Source: Candidatus Undinarchaeota archaeon
Lineage (GTDB): Archaea > Undinarchaeota > Undinarchaeia > Undinarchaeales > UBA543
DNA length: 14,613 nt
Direction of reading: 5' to 3'
Assembly: GCA_964567575.1 (NCBI GenBank)
Contig: CAZMMZ010000012.1
Span: 1 to 14,613, forward strand
The number at the start of each line of letters is the position of its first letter. Positions within the stretch are counted from its first letter, which is position 1. The notes beneath the pieces are model-generated. The model worked only from the letters and a program-made list of their open reading frames with translations, was not told the origin of the DNA and did no database searches. The position numbers and the translations under genes are program-made. Shown here piece after piece: positions 1 through 8,157 of this stretch.

Positions 1-98
1 ATGCTGATATATCAAAAGCTTCAAAAGATCTTAATTACAAACCTAAAACTCCAATTGTTGATGGTTTGAAAAAATATGTTGATTATATTAAAGGTTGA
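1..98 (+). CDS. 3' end (partial) of an NAD-dependent epimerase/dehydratase (extended SDR, GalE/RmlB-like)
   Basis: Not in the ORF track. The frame starting at nt 3 reads ADISKASKDLNYKPKTPIVDGLKKYVDYIKG-stop (TGA 96-98), matching the typical C-terminal ADISKA..L.(W/Y).P...L.EGL pattern of nucleotide-sugar epimerases. It sits directly upstream of glycosylation genes. Confidence 0.75.
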   Translation, partial: ADISKASKDLNYKPKTPIVDGLKKYVDYIKG

Positions 99-103
99 TT
101 AAT

Positions 104-1753
104 ATGGAAGAAAAATCCGAAATAAAATTTAATAAAAAATACATCATCTACGCTGCACTTTTTATATTGCTTCTTCTAGGTGGGTACTTGCGTTTTCATC
201 ATGCGGATTATCCTGTTATAGGATATCACAATTGGAAAGAAACTCACTATCTTACAGAAGCGAGAAACTTTAACAATGATGGATTTTTCAAAAACGGATT
301 CTTTGTTCCTGAATGGGATTACCCTTCTATTGGTTCTGATTCTACTGGGGTGCATGCGGACACCTTCCCCACAACAAGTATTCTTGTAGGCCTGGGTTTC
401 AAAATATTTGGGGAGTCTCTCGTTGTCGCGCGTATGGTGGGGATTCTATGTTCTCTTGGCTCAATCTTTTTAATGTTCAAAATTTGTAAGAAAATGTTTG
501 GTCGTGATGATATTGCATTTGTTTCTGCAGGTCTGATGGCAATCAGTCCTCTTTTTGTTTTCTTCAGCAGAAATGTTCAGCTCATTAACCCAGCGCTTTT
601 GTTCATGATGTTGTCTTGGTATTTCTTCCTTGATTGTCGAAAAACATTTTCTTTGAAAAGCGGAATTCTGACAACTGTATTTTTAATGCTCGCAGGATTA
701 ACAAAATATCCTTTTTTGCTAATTGCGCTTCCAATGCTCGCTACAATTCCTTGGAAAAAAGCATTAACTGATGTTAAAGCAAATATCAAAAATTATGTAA
801 TTTATATTGCGTGTATGCTTCCGCTTCCGTTGTGGTTTGTATATTCAAAGATTATTGAGGGCCGCGCTGGAGTTACAACAGTTTCAGGTGGTTTAATTGA
901 GTTTGAAGCAATTTTCAGAAATGCGTGGTGGACTGCGATGAAATCATATGTTGCTGATAATTACACTTTGATTGGTTTTGGTTTGGCAATTGCTGGACTT
1001 TTGTTAGTTTATTTCTTCAGAAAAAAACACTTTGGAAACAAATTCATTCTTTGGTATGCAGCTGCTGCAGTTCCTTGGATTATTGTAATGGGTGACAAAC
1101 TTGGTCAGCACTCTTACCACCAATATCCAATTGCTCCGCTCATAATAATTTTGATGAGTTATGCTATTGTTGCTATTGGAACTAATCTCGCTGGTATTAT
1201 TGGAAAAGGGGCAGTTCGTGATTATGCGAAAATTGGAATTCTTATTGTTCTTGTTGTTTTAATGTTAAGTCCAGTTGGTTCTTTAACTGCTATGAATCGC
1301 CAGTTTGATGTGCAGTTCTTTGGTTTGGAAGTGGCTGGAGATTATATTAAAGAGCATAGTTCTCCTGAAGAACGAATTCTTTTCCCACGTGGCCAATCAT
1401 TCGGAATTCTTTGGCATGCAGATAGAAAAGGATACGGAATAAATAATCCAACTCTTGATCAAATTAAACAAGCTGAAGAAAAAGGAGTTACTTGGATCTT
1501 TGCATATCAATGGGGTTTGCAACTTATGCAAAATGAGGAAGCTGTAGCATATTTATCAAATACATATTCTCTTGAACAAGTTGGGTTCATGAATAATGGC
1601 CAAGAAGCCCAATTAGCATACCTCTTATTCAAGAAAGGTGGTTCATTCACTCAAGAAGAGTTACAACAATTCCCTGCGAACCACGGAATACAAACAACAC
1701 CATATGACTTTTCATATGGAGCTGTTGAGTTAAGTCACTCCTCAAAAAATTAA
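104..1753 (+). CDS. GT-C fold membrane glycosyltransferase (ArnT/PMT-like, GT39/GT83 family)
   Basis: About 550 aa with many hydrophobic TM segments and a soluble C-terminal domain. The first external loop is HNWKETHYLTEARNF, followed by ARMVGIL, ISPLFVFFSRN and LAGLTKYPF motifs typical of ArnT/PMT_2 proteins. ATG at 104 is preferred over the TTG at 95, which overlaps the upstream stop. Confidence 0.8.
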   Translation: MEEKSEIKFNKKYIIYAALFILLLLGGYLRFHHADYPVIGYHNWKETHYLTEARNFNNDGFFKNGFFVPEWDYPSIGSDSTGVHADTFPTTSILVGLGFKIFGESLVVARMVGILCSLGSIFLMFKICKKMFGRDDIAFVSAGLMAISPLFVFFSRNVQLINPALLFMMLSWYFFLDCRKTFSLKSGILTTVFLMLAGLTKYPFLLIALPMLATIPWKKALTDVKANIKNYVIYIACMLPLPLWFVYSKIIEGRAGVTTVSGGLIEFEAIFRNAWWTAMKSYVADNYTLIGFGLAIAGLLLVYFFRKKHFGNKFILWYAAAAVPWIIVMGDKLGQHSYHQYPIAPLIIILMSYAIVAIGTNLAGIIGKGAVRDYAKIGILIVLVVLMLSPVGSLTAMNRQFDVQFFGLEVAGDYIKEHSSPEERILFPRGQSFGILWHADRKGYGINNPTLDQIKQAEEKGVTWIFAYQWGLQLMQNEEAVAYLSNTYSLEQVGFMNNGQEAQLAYLLFKKGGSFTQEELQQFPANHGIQTTPYDFSYGAVELSHSSKN

Positions 1754-1754
1754 A

Positions 1755-2729
1755 ATGAAATTTAGTAAGAATATCAAAATCGTGTCTGCAATTGTTTTGA
1801 CAGTTGTGCTTGTCTGGCTATTGGGGATGCAAGTTAATCTTATTGATATTTTTTCTCTTTTGAAAAGCATGCCAACTTATTTACTTGTTTCAAGTTTTGC
1901 TCTCTACATCTTTGGTCATGTTGGGCGAACTGTTAGGGTTTCAAAATTAATTGGTTGGAAAAAATCTTTCCACGAATTATTCGGAGTTGTTTGCGTTCAC
2001 AATCTTTTTGTGAATGTATTGCCTGCAAGAACTGGTGAACTTTCTTATTTTTATTTAACTAAGAAGCGAGGTTTCTCTTTAACAAAAAGCGGAGCTGTTT
2101 TAATTATTGCAAGAATTCTTGATATTGTGGCAATTTCAATCATTCTGTTGATAGCGATTTTGTTCGCTGGAACTCTTTCACCATTATTACATCAACTTTC
2201 TTATTTAGTTGCACTTCTTTTAGTTGTTTGTCTTGTTTTGTTATTCTCATTAGTTTATTCTGGTAAGCATTTTATTTCAGGGCTCAAAAGACTCTTTTCA
2301 ATGATTGGTCTGGGAAAATCCAAAATTGTTGAATGGCTTATTGACAAAGGCGAGGAAGTTGTTGATGCTTTTAATGTTATTCGATCAAAACGCAAATTCT
2401 TAGAGCATCTTGGATATTCGCTTTTCATTTGGGGAGTTCGATTTGTTTTGTTCTATTTAATCACAATCGGGCTTGGAGTTAAAATTGGTATTTGGATTGG
2501 GATAATTGGCATAATGTTCCCAATGATTTCAACATTCTTACCAATTCAGGGTCTTGGTGGTTTTGGAACCTTTGAAGGGGTGTGGACAATTTCTTTCATG
2601 TCTCTTGGAATTTCCAAAGAAGTAGCAATTCTTACTGGATTTGGATTTCACTTAACGTTCCTTATGTTTGCAATTATTATGGGGGTATACGGACTACTCA
2701 CTCTAATGAATTTTAATCGTAAAAAATAG
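1755..2729 (+). CDS. UPF0104 / lysylphosphatidylglycerol synthase TM-domain protein (flippase-like, AglD2/YbhN-like)
   Basis: 324-aa polytopic membrane protein with N..LPARTGELS, RILD and LPIQGLGGFGTFEG motifs characteristic of LPG_synthase_TM. It starts 1 nt after the GT-C stop. Confidence 0.8.
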   Translation: MKFSKNIKIVSAIVLTVVLVWLLGMQVNLIDIFSLLKSMPTYLLVSSFALYIFGHVGRTVRVSKLIGWKKSFHELFGVVCVHNLFVNVLPARTGELSYFYLTKKRGFSLTKSGAVLIIARILDIVAISIILLIAILFAGTLSPLLHQLSYLVALLLVVCLVLLFSLVYSGKHFISGLKRLFSMIGLGKSKIVEWLIDKGEEVVDAFNVIRSKRKFLEHLGYSLFIWGVRFVLFYLITIGLGVKIGIWIGIIGIMFPMISTFLPIQGLGGFGTFEGVWTISFMSLGISKEVAILTGFGFHLTFLMFAIIMGVYGLLTLMNFNRKK

Positions 2730-2731
2730 AA

Positions 2732-3670
2732 TTACTTTTTCTTCTTTGTTATTTCTTCTATATTGTATGTTCTTTTTGGATCGTAGCCAGATCTTACAAG
2801 CATTTCTGCAAGGAATCCTGTGAAGAATAATTGCATTCCCATTATACCAAGCAGAACAGTAAGTGAAAGCAGTGGCCTGTTTGATATTGATTTTCCGTAG
2901 TAGAATTTATCAACAACTAAGTAAAGACCTGAAGCAAAACCAAGCATTAATGTTAGGAATCCAATTGTTCCGAGAATGTGAATTGGTCTGCTTCTATATT
3001 TCAATAAGAATTTCAAAGTCAATAAATCAAGAAGTCCTTTGACAAGTCGTCCTGCGCCGTATTTTGATTTTCCGAATCTTCGCGGTCTGTGATTAGATAC
3101 AACTTCTGTGATTTTGTATCCTTTTCCTGCAATAAGTGCTGGAATGTATCTGTGCGTTTCTCCATATAATCGTATATCTTCAATTGCTTCTCTTTTGTAT
3201 GCGCGAAGTGTGCATCCTGAATCATGAATAGGAACTCCTGTGAATTTGCGATTTAGGTAGTTTGAAATTTTTGAAGGGATTTTTTTAAGGAAATTATCTT
3301 CTCTGTGCATCCGCCATCCGCAAACAACATCAAAACCTTTATTCAATTTTGCAAGCATTCGTGGAATGTCTGCTGGATCATTCTGCAAATCTGCATCAAG
3401 TGTTAAAATGATTTTTCCAGTTGAATGGTTGAAACCAGCAAGCATTGCTGGTGTTTGGCCGAAGTTTTTCCTTAGTTTAATATTTACAATATGTGAATCT
3501 TTTCTTACAAGTTCTTTTATTACGCGAGGTGTTGTGTCTGTTGAGCCATCATCTACTAAAAGAATCTCGTATTTGCTTGTTAATTTTTTGAGAACTTCAG
3601 TTAACTCATCATATAATTGCTGTACGTTTTCCTCTTCATTGTAAACAGGAATCACGACTGATATATCCAT
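2732..3670 (-). CDS. GT2 polyprenol/dolichol-phosphate glycosyltransferase (ArnC/GtrB/DPM1-like) with two C-terminal TM helices
   Basis: Motifs SVVIPVYNEE, VDDGSTD, RKNFGQTPA, DADLQNDP, GWRMHRED, DSGCTLRAY and HRPRRFGKSKYG, plus two C-terminal hydrophobic helices. Confidence 0.92.
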   Translation of the reverse strand: MDISVVIPVYNEEENVQQLYDELTEVLKKLTSKYEILLVDDGSTDTTPRVIKELVRKDSHIVNIKLRKNFGQTPAMLAGFNHSTGKIILTLDADLQNDPADIPRMLAKLNKGFDVVCGWRMHREDNFLKKIPSKISNYLNRKFTGVPIHDSGCTLRAYKREAIEDIRLYGETHRYIPALIAGKGYKITEVVSNHRPRRFGKSKYGAGRLVKGLLDLLTLKFLLKYRSRPIHILGTIGFLTLMLGFASGLYLVVDKFYYGKSISNRPLLSLTVLLGIMGMQLFFTGFLAEMLVRSGYDPKRTYNIEEITKKKK

Positions 3671-3692
3671 ACTCTTTTCTCCGCTAATTCTG

Positions 3693-3732
3693 TATATATA
3701 GGTTATTATTTTCTTTTCTCAAAACTTAAATA
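3693..3732. promoter_or_regulatory. Divergent archaeal promoters: TATATATA (3693-3700, minus, for GT2) and AAAA-CTTAAATA (3721-3732, plus, for glmM)
   Basis: TATA-like boxes lie 22-23 nt from the respective ATGs, consistent with leaderless transcripts. Confidence 0.5.
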
Positions 3733-3755
3733 CACTTCAGAGTAGTCTTTTCTTA

Positions 3756-5099
3756 ATGGATATTAAATTCAGCACAACTGGTATTCGTGGTATTTCCAAT
3801 GAGGATATGACTGCAGACTTAGCTTTGAAGCTCGGCAAGACGTTCGGGACCTTCATGAACGGCAAAGGGACTGTACTAATTGCTCAAGATCCACGAACTT
3901 CCTCTGAAATGCTTTCAAGTGCAATTATTTCAGGCCTGCTTTCAACTGGTGTTAAGGTTGTTAATGCTGGGCTTGCTCCTGTTCCTGCGCTTTCGCATGT
4001 TGTGATGAAAGATTATGACGCTGGTATAATGGTTACAAGTTCTCACAATCCTCCTGAGTATAATGGTGTTAAATTTATCCTTGGTGATGGTGTTGAAATT
4101 TCTGAATCTGAAGAAAAGCAATTTCTTGAGCTTTTCAAAGCTGAGCCAATTAAAGCAAAATGGGATTCTGTTGGTTCACTCAAACAAAAAGACATTCTTG
4201 AAAAATATTCAAATGCATTAATTGATTCTATTCACAGTGAAACTGTCAAATCCCGCAAATTCAAAGTTGTTGTTGATACTGGCAACGGAGCGCAGAGTAT
4301 TCTTATTCCTAATCTTTATCGCGAACTCGGATGTGATGTTATTGAACTTAATACAGAACCAAAAGGAATTTTCAATAGGCCTTCCGAGCCTCGCCCAGAA
4401 TCTCTTGGTGAATTGAAAGAGAAAGTTGTTGCAGAAAAAGCAGATTTCGGAATTGCTTTTGATTGCGATGGCGATCGTTGTATTTTCGTAACTGAGAAAG
4501 GCGATGTTGTAATGGGTGATGTTACTGGTTCTATGTTCGCTCGTGAATTGCTTAAGCAAAACAAAGGCGGCAAAATTATCACAACTGTTTCAACATCAAA
4601 AATTATTGATGATGTTGCTTCTGCTGAAGGTGGCGAAGTTATTCGTACTATTGTTGGAGCAAAGTATGTTGGTGAAGCTTTGATTAATGAAAAAGCAATT
4701 TATGGTTTTGAGGAAAATGGTGGAAACATTTTCCCTGATATTAGTTATACTCGCGAAGGTTCAGCAACTGCTGTGAAGATGCTTGAGTTGCTTACAAAAA
4801 CTGATAAAACGTTTTCTGAAGTTGTTGCAGAATTTCCAAAATATTATCAAGTTAAATTAAAAGTTGAATGCACTGAAGATAAGAAAAAGGATATTCCAAA
4901 ATTGAAAGACAAAGTTGATAGAGATAATGTTGAGATTCTCACGCAAGACGGTGTTAAGGTTGTTTTCGAAGATGGTTCTGTGCTGTTGCGGGCTAGCGGT
5001 ACTGAAGCTATACTTCGTGTTTATGCTGAAGCTAACTCTAAAGAAAAAGCTGATGAGTATGCGAAGTGGGGCGAGAAGTTAGTTAAATTACTTCTTTGA
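3756..5099 (+). CDS. glmM: Alpha-D-phosphohexomutase (archaeal phosphoglucosamine mutase or phosphomannomutase/phosphoglucomutase)
   Basis: N-terminal FSTTGIRG, phosphoserine loop VTSSHNPPEYNGVK, metal loop FDCDGDR, sugar-binding loop GFEENGG and C-terminal RASGTE..LRVYAE. Sugar specificity (GlmM vs PMM/PGM) cannot be fixed from sequence alone. Confidence 0.85.
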   Translation: MDIKFSTTGIRGISNEDMTADLALKLGKTFGTFMNGKGTVLIAQDPRTSSEMLSSAIISGLLSTGVKVVNAGLAPVPALSHVVMKDYDAGIMVTSSHNPPEYNGVKFILGDGVEISESEEKQFLELFKAEPIKAKWDSVGSLKQKDILEKYSNALIDSIHSETVKSRKFKVVVDTGNGAQSILIPNLYRELGCDVIELNTEPKGIFNRPSEPRPESLGELKEKVVAEKADFGIAFDCDGDRCIFVTEKGDVVMGDVTGSMFARELLKQNKGGKIITTVSTSKIIDDVASAEGGEVIRTIVGAKYVGEALINEKAIYGFEENGGNIFPDISYTREGSATAVKMLELLTKTDKTFSEVVAEFPKYYQVKLKVECTEDKKKDIPKLKDKVDRDNVEILTQDGVKVVFEDGSVLLRASGTEAILRVYAEANSKEKADEYAKWGEKLVKLLL

Positions 5100-5459
5100 T
5101 TTCTTTTTCTTCTTTTCGGTTTCTTCAAATTTTAAAGCTACTTTTCTAACTAAATCTGTTATTTGTCTTTGTGATTCTTGATTTCTAATATAGACATGGA
5201 AAACCATTGCATATGCTCCGAGAAGTCCGAGTACTACAAGCGCGTCAATACCTCTGCTAATATTTGTGAAAATGTTTAGGAAATTTGCAAAAGCAATTGG
5301 GAATAATGCTACGATAAATATTCCAAGTGAAACAGAACTCCAAATCAGGAGATCCTTTCTCTTGAAATGTCCTCTTTTGTAGAGAACTCTGGTTTCAAAA
5401 ACCATGAGCAATGAGATTGCTATTCCTATTAGTTGAATTCCAAGTACTTTTAATTCCAT
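5088..5459 (-). CDS. DUF2304 family small membrane protein (GacJ/Rv3632-like partner of a GT2)
   Basis: Three TM helices and a C-terminal R.ITDLVRKVAL coiled segment. The real start is likely ATG at 5459 (MELKVLG...), which overlaps the upstream GT2 stop as TAATG, rather than the ORF-track start at 5522. Confidence 0.8.
   Translation of the reverse strand: MELKVLGIQLIGIAISLLMVFETRVLYKRGHFKRKDLLIWSSVSLGIFIVALFPIAFANFLNIFTNISRGIDALVVLGLLGAYAMVFHVYIRNQESQRQITDLVRKVALKFEETEKKKKKSKK
5100..5125 (+). terminator. Oligo-T tract after glmM (candidate archaeal intrinsic terminator, inside the antisense DUF2304 Lys-rich tail)
   Basis: TTTCTTTTTCTTCTTTTCGGTTTCTT immediately follows the glmM TGA. Confidence 0.4.
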
Positions 5460-6163
5460 TATTTCTTTATCCCTAAAGTGCGGAGTATCATGCTCCACAC
5501 AATATGAAGGCCGTTCTTCCACGGCATTTGACCAGTTCCTCGCTTCACGCTTCTGTCATCATAGATAGCTTTTATGGGTATTTCAATTATTCGCATGTTG
5601 TGATGACCGAGCTGATGAATTATTTCTGAGCTGACTTCGTATTTGTCGCAGAGAATCATCAGCTTCTGTGCAGCTTCTTTGTTGAATGCGCGTAGTCCAC
5701 TTTGCGAATCTGTGATTGTTGTATCTGCAAGGAGATTTGTAACTCCAGTTAACATGGTGTTTCCAATTCGTTTGATTGATGGCATTAATTCCTTATCGTG
5801 TTTGCTTAGGAATCGTGAGCCAATTGTTGCATCAGCTTTCCCATCCTGAATTGGTTTAATTAAACGATAAACATCTTTTCCCAAGTGTTGCAAATCTGCA
5901 TCGAATGTAATTATAATATCTGCTCCGCTTTGAACAGCTGCTTGTATTCCTGTGCTGAGCGCTGCTCCAAGCCCGCGGTTGATTATGTGAGAAAGTACAT
6001 TCCCGCCATTTGCAATAGCAAGTTCTCGTGTTTTATCTACTGATCCATCATTAACAACAAAAACATCACGTCCAGGAAACTGTCGTCTAACATCTTTTAA
6101 AGTTGCTACAATTGTTTCTTCTTCATTATACGCTGGTATTACAAACGCGAGTTTTTCTTTCAT
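5459..6163 (-). CDS. GT2 polyprenol/dolichol-phosphate sugar synthase (DPM1/GacI/PpgS-like), no TM helices
   Basis: Motifs VIPAYNEE, VVNDGSVD, NRGLGAAL, TFDADLQH, GSRFL, TDSQSGLRAF and EIPIKAIY. Translationally coupled to the DUF2304 gene. Confidence 0.9.
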   Translation of the reverse strand: MKEKLAFVIPAYNEEETIVATLKDVRRQFPGRDVFVVNDGSVDKTRELAIANGGNVLSHIINRGLGAALSTGIQAAVQSGADIIITFDADLQHLGKDVYRLIKPIQDGKADATIGSRFLSKHDKELMPSIKRIGNTMLTGVTNLLADTTITDSQSGLRAFNKEAAQKLMILCDKYEVSSEIIHQLGHHNMRIIEIPIKAIYDDRSVKRGTGQMPWKNGLHIVWSMILRTLGIKK

Positions 6164-6188
6164 TTATACTTCTTGATGCTGATTTTAG

Positions 6189-6197
6189 TATTATAAG
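6189..6197 (-). promoter_or_regulatory. TATA-like box CTTATAATA for the GT2-DUF2304 operon
   Basis: Lies 25 nt upstream of ATG 6163 in a 45-nt gap. Confidence 0.4.
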
Positions 6198-6208
6198 GGT
6201 TATGGAAT

Positions 6209-7090
6209 TTAGATTACTAGAGTAACAATTCCTAGCCCGATTTCTATGAACCATATTGCAGCTACAACTTCCCACTCTCTGCGCAAGCCGAGCCACATCA
6301 TTACTTTGATTAGTGAAATGTATTTTCCGCGTGGTACAAGTTTCTTATTTTCAATTCCGGTTGGCTGGTGCTCTTTGCGGTTCATGAATCCTACACTAAT
6401 GAATTTCAGTCCAGCGTCAATCGCATATGGAATCATAAGGATTAGCAAATTCAGGAGCGGAGCTCCAATCAAATACGCTGCTACCATCATTGTTCCAATT
6501 GGTAGTGTTCCAACATCTCCTGGGAATACAACTGCTGGGTATTTGTTGAACAAGAGGAATGCGAATAAACAAATTGCGTAAATGTAAAGTGTTACACTCG
6601 CTGGGTTGTTGCTTGCAAACCCAAGGAAAAAGATTGCAATCATTCCTGTTCCAATTTCCAAGCCATTGAAACCTGCAAGCATGTTTGTCCAATTTGATAT
6701 TATCGAAACTAATACTAGCAAAACCAGAACTGGTATGATTTTCCACGGAATTAACCAAATGAGTGGGATTGCCCCGCAACTAACTAAAACAAATTTTGTT
6801 TTTGGCGGGAATCCAAAAATATCATCAAACAATCCTATTGCTGCACTTACAAGAAATGCTAAAAGTATTATTAAAATTATTAAATTTTTACTAATAAAAT
6901 ATTGCACAAGCATTAATACTGTAAATGCGCCTGCAATAGCAATGCCGCCGCTTATTGGTTTCTTTGGCTTGCCTTCTTTGTGAAAGTCTTCAGAAATTAA
7001 TCCAATCTTTGCGAATTTGTTAATAGCAATTTTAGTGAGTAGAATAGTTAGTACAAAGGCAGCTGAAAGTAAGTAAATTAAATTGCTCAT
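6209..7090 (-). CDS. aglH: UDP-GlcNAc:dolichyl/polyprenyl-phosphate GlcNAc-1-phosphotransferase (AglH/DPAGT1/MraY-like, Glycos_transf_4)
   Basis: Polytopic membrane protein with GG.AI, IGLFDD, NWTNMLAGFNGLE, FNKYPA.VFPGDVGT and IPYAID motifs of the polyprenol-P:HexNAc-1-P transferase family. NGLE and FPGD(V)GT resemble the eukaryal/archaeal GPT branch. Confidence 0.8.
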   Translation of the reverse strand: MSNLIYLLSAAFVLTILLTKIAINKFAKIGLISEDFHKEGKPKKPISGGIAIAGAFTVLMLVQYFISKNLIILIILLAFLVSAAIGLFDDIFGFPPKTKFVLVSCGAIPLIWLIPWKIIPVLVLLVLVSIISNWTNMLAGFNGLEIGTGMIAIFFLGFASNNPASVTLYIYAICLFAFLLFNKYPAVVFPGDVGTLPIGTMMVAAYLIGAPLLNLLILMIPYAIDAGLKFISVGFMNRKEHQPTGIENKKLVPRGKYISLIKVMMWLGLRREWEVVAAIWFIEIGLGIVTLVI

Positions 7091-8088
7091 ATTTCAAGTG
7101 CTTGCCGGATTTTAATAAGAGGGTCTTCAAATTCTCCCATTACTTCTTCAGCAAGTTTGCGAGTGTGATATTTATTTGATTCTTTTATTATTCCTGCAAT
7201 CTGTGCAATATCCTGACTGTGTTGCATCAACTTCTTTCCAATTAGTAATCTGTCAACTTCAAGCAGGTCTTGCGGATAGCAGGAAATTGTTGGAGTTCCA
7301 AGAAGGCAAGCTTCTCTTGTCATTGTTCCACCTTCACCAAGGAACGCTTCAGAATAATAAACAAGACTGTAAAAGTCTATTCCATTTTCTGAAACTTTTG
7401 CTCCACATTTTTCAAAAAGTTTCTTATCGTTTTCATTTCTTGGAAAAGTTATAATATCATAATCATTTGTTAGTTCAGTAATATATTTCTCTAAATTAGT
7501 TTTCTTATTGAAATAACCGGCATCGAGCGGCCCTGTTCGTATGGTTAGTATTTTACCTTCTTCAAGTTTCAAATCATCTAAAACTTTTTTATCTGGTTTT
7601 ACTCCAGAAATATTTGAAACTTCACTCACACCATTGAAAGAAATTAATTCTGTTCCACCATAAAGTAATTTCATTTTCGCTTCAATACATTCTGGTAAAA
7701 CACATTTGTCTGCAAGTGGAATCATTAAATTATTTTGATGTGTGCTCTGGTCATTATCTACTGCAATAACACTTGGTATATTGAGTCCTGATGCAACGCG
7801 TGTTCCATCTACAGAGTATTTGCATAGGAATTTATCAGGATTGACTTCTTTCACAACTTTAGCAAGTTCTTGAATTCTGTCAGTGCTTGCAATAAGTTTA
7901 CCATAATTATCTTTGCCAGCGTGCTCACCAATAATCTGAGCGTCAATACCTTCTTTTTGTATAAGATCTTCTAAATAACCATATTTCCGCGCTGTAATGA
8001 GCAGTTCGTGCTCATCCTGCAATTCTTTTATCAAACGCCTAAAGAATAGTACGTGCGGTGCATTTGATAAGTCAATCCAAAGTTTCAT
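7087..8088 (-). CDS. DUF354 family protein (COG1817; predicted GT-B glycosyltransferase / UDP-GlcNAc 2-epimerase-like fold)
   Basis: N-terminal MKLWIDLSNAPHVLFFR, then ITARKYG, IGEHAG..YGKL and GEGGTMTREACLLGTPTIS. ATG 8088 is preceded by GAGGGAG (SD-like) and is preferred over TTG 8103. ATGA overlap with aglH. Confidence 0.85.
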   Translation of the reverse strand: MKLWIDLSNAPHVLFFRRLIKELQDEHELLITARKYGYLEDLIQKEGIDAQIIGEHAGKDNYGKLIASTDRIQELAKVVKEVNPDKFLCKYSVDGTRVASGLNIPSVIAVDNDQSTHQNNLMIPLADKCVLPECIEAKMKLLYGGTELISFNGVSEVSNISGVKPDKKVLDDLKLEEGKILTIRTGPLDAGYFNKKTNLEKYITELTNDYDIITFPRNENDKKLFEKCGAKVSENGIDFYSLVYYSEAFLGEGGTMTREACLLGTPTISCYPQDLLEVDRLLIGKKLMQHSQDIAQIAGIIKESNKYHTRKLAEEVMGEFEDPLIKIRQALEI

Positions 8089-8119
8089 TTTCTCCCTCAA
8101 CAAAACTTAATATCAGCTC

Positions 8120-8144
8120 TATAAATACGTTTTCACAAGTGAAA
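8120..8144 (-). promoter_or_regulatory. TATA box TATTTATA (8127-8120) for DUF354-aglH, with an adjacent TTTCAC-AA-GTGAAA palindrome (8131-8144)
   Basis: The TATA box is 31 nt upstream of ATG 8088, leaving room for the SD. The 6-bp-arm palindrome lies immediately upstream of it. Confidence 0.45.
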
Positions 8145-8157
8145 TTGTTTGCAATTG

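Noticed and set aside
4021-4480. Phosphohexomutase motif variants TSSHNP and DCDGDR instead of TASHNP and DGDGDR
   Set aside because: The catalytic Ser-His and the three metal-binding Asp residues are intact, so these are tolerated substitutions.
5460-5522. N-terminal extension of the DUF2304 ORF (MEERPSYC...)
   Set aside because: It overlaps the GT2 3' end; the TAATG-coupled ATG at 5459 gives a family-typical length.
8143-8156. AATTG-TTTG-CAATT small palindrome after the CWB2-wHTH stop codon
   Set aside because: The 5-bp AT-rich arms are too weak to support any claim.
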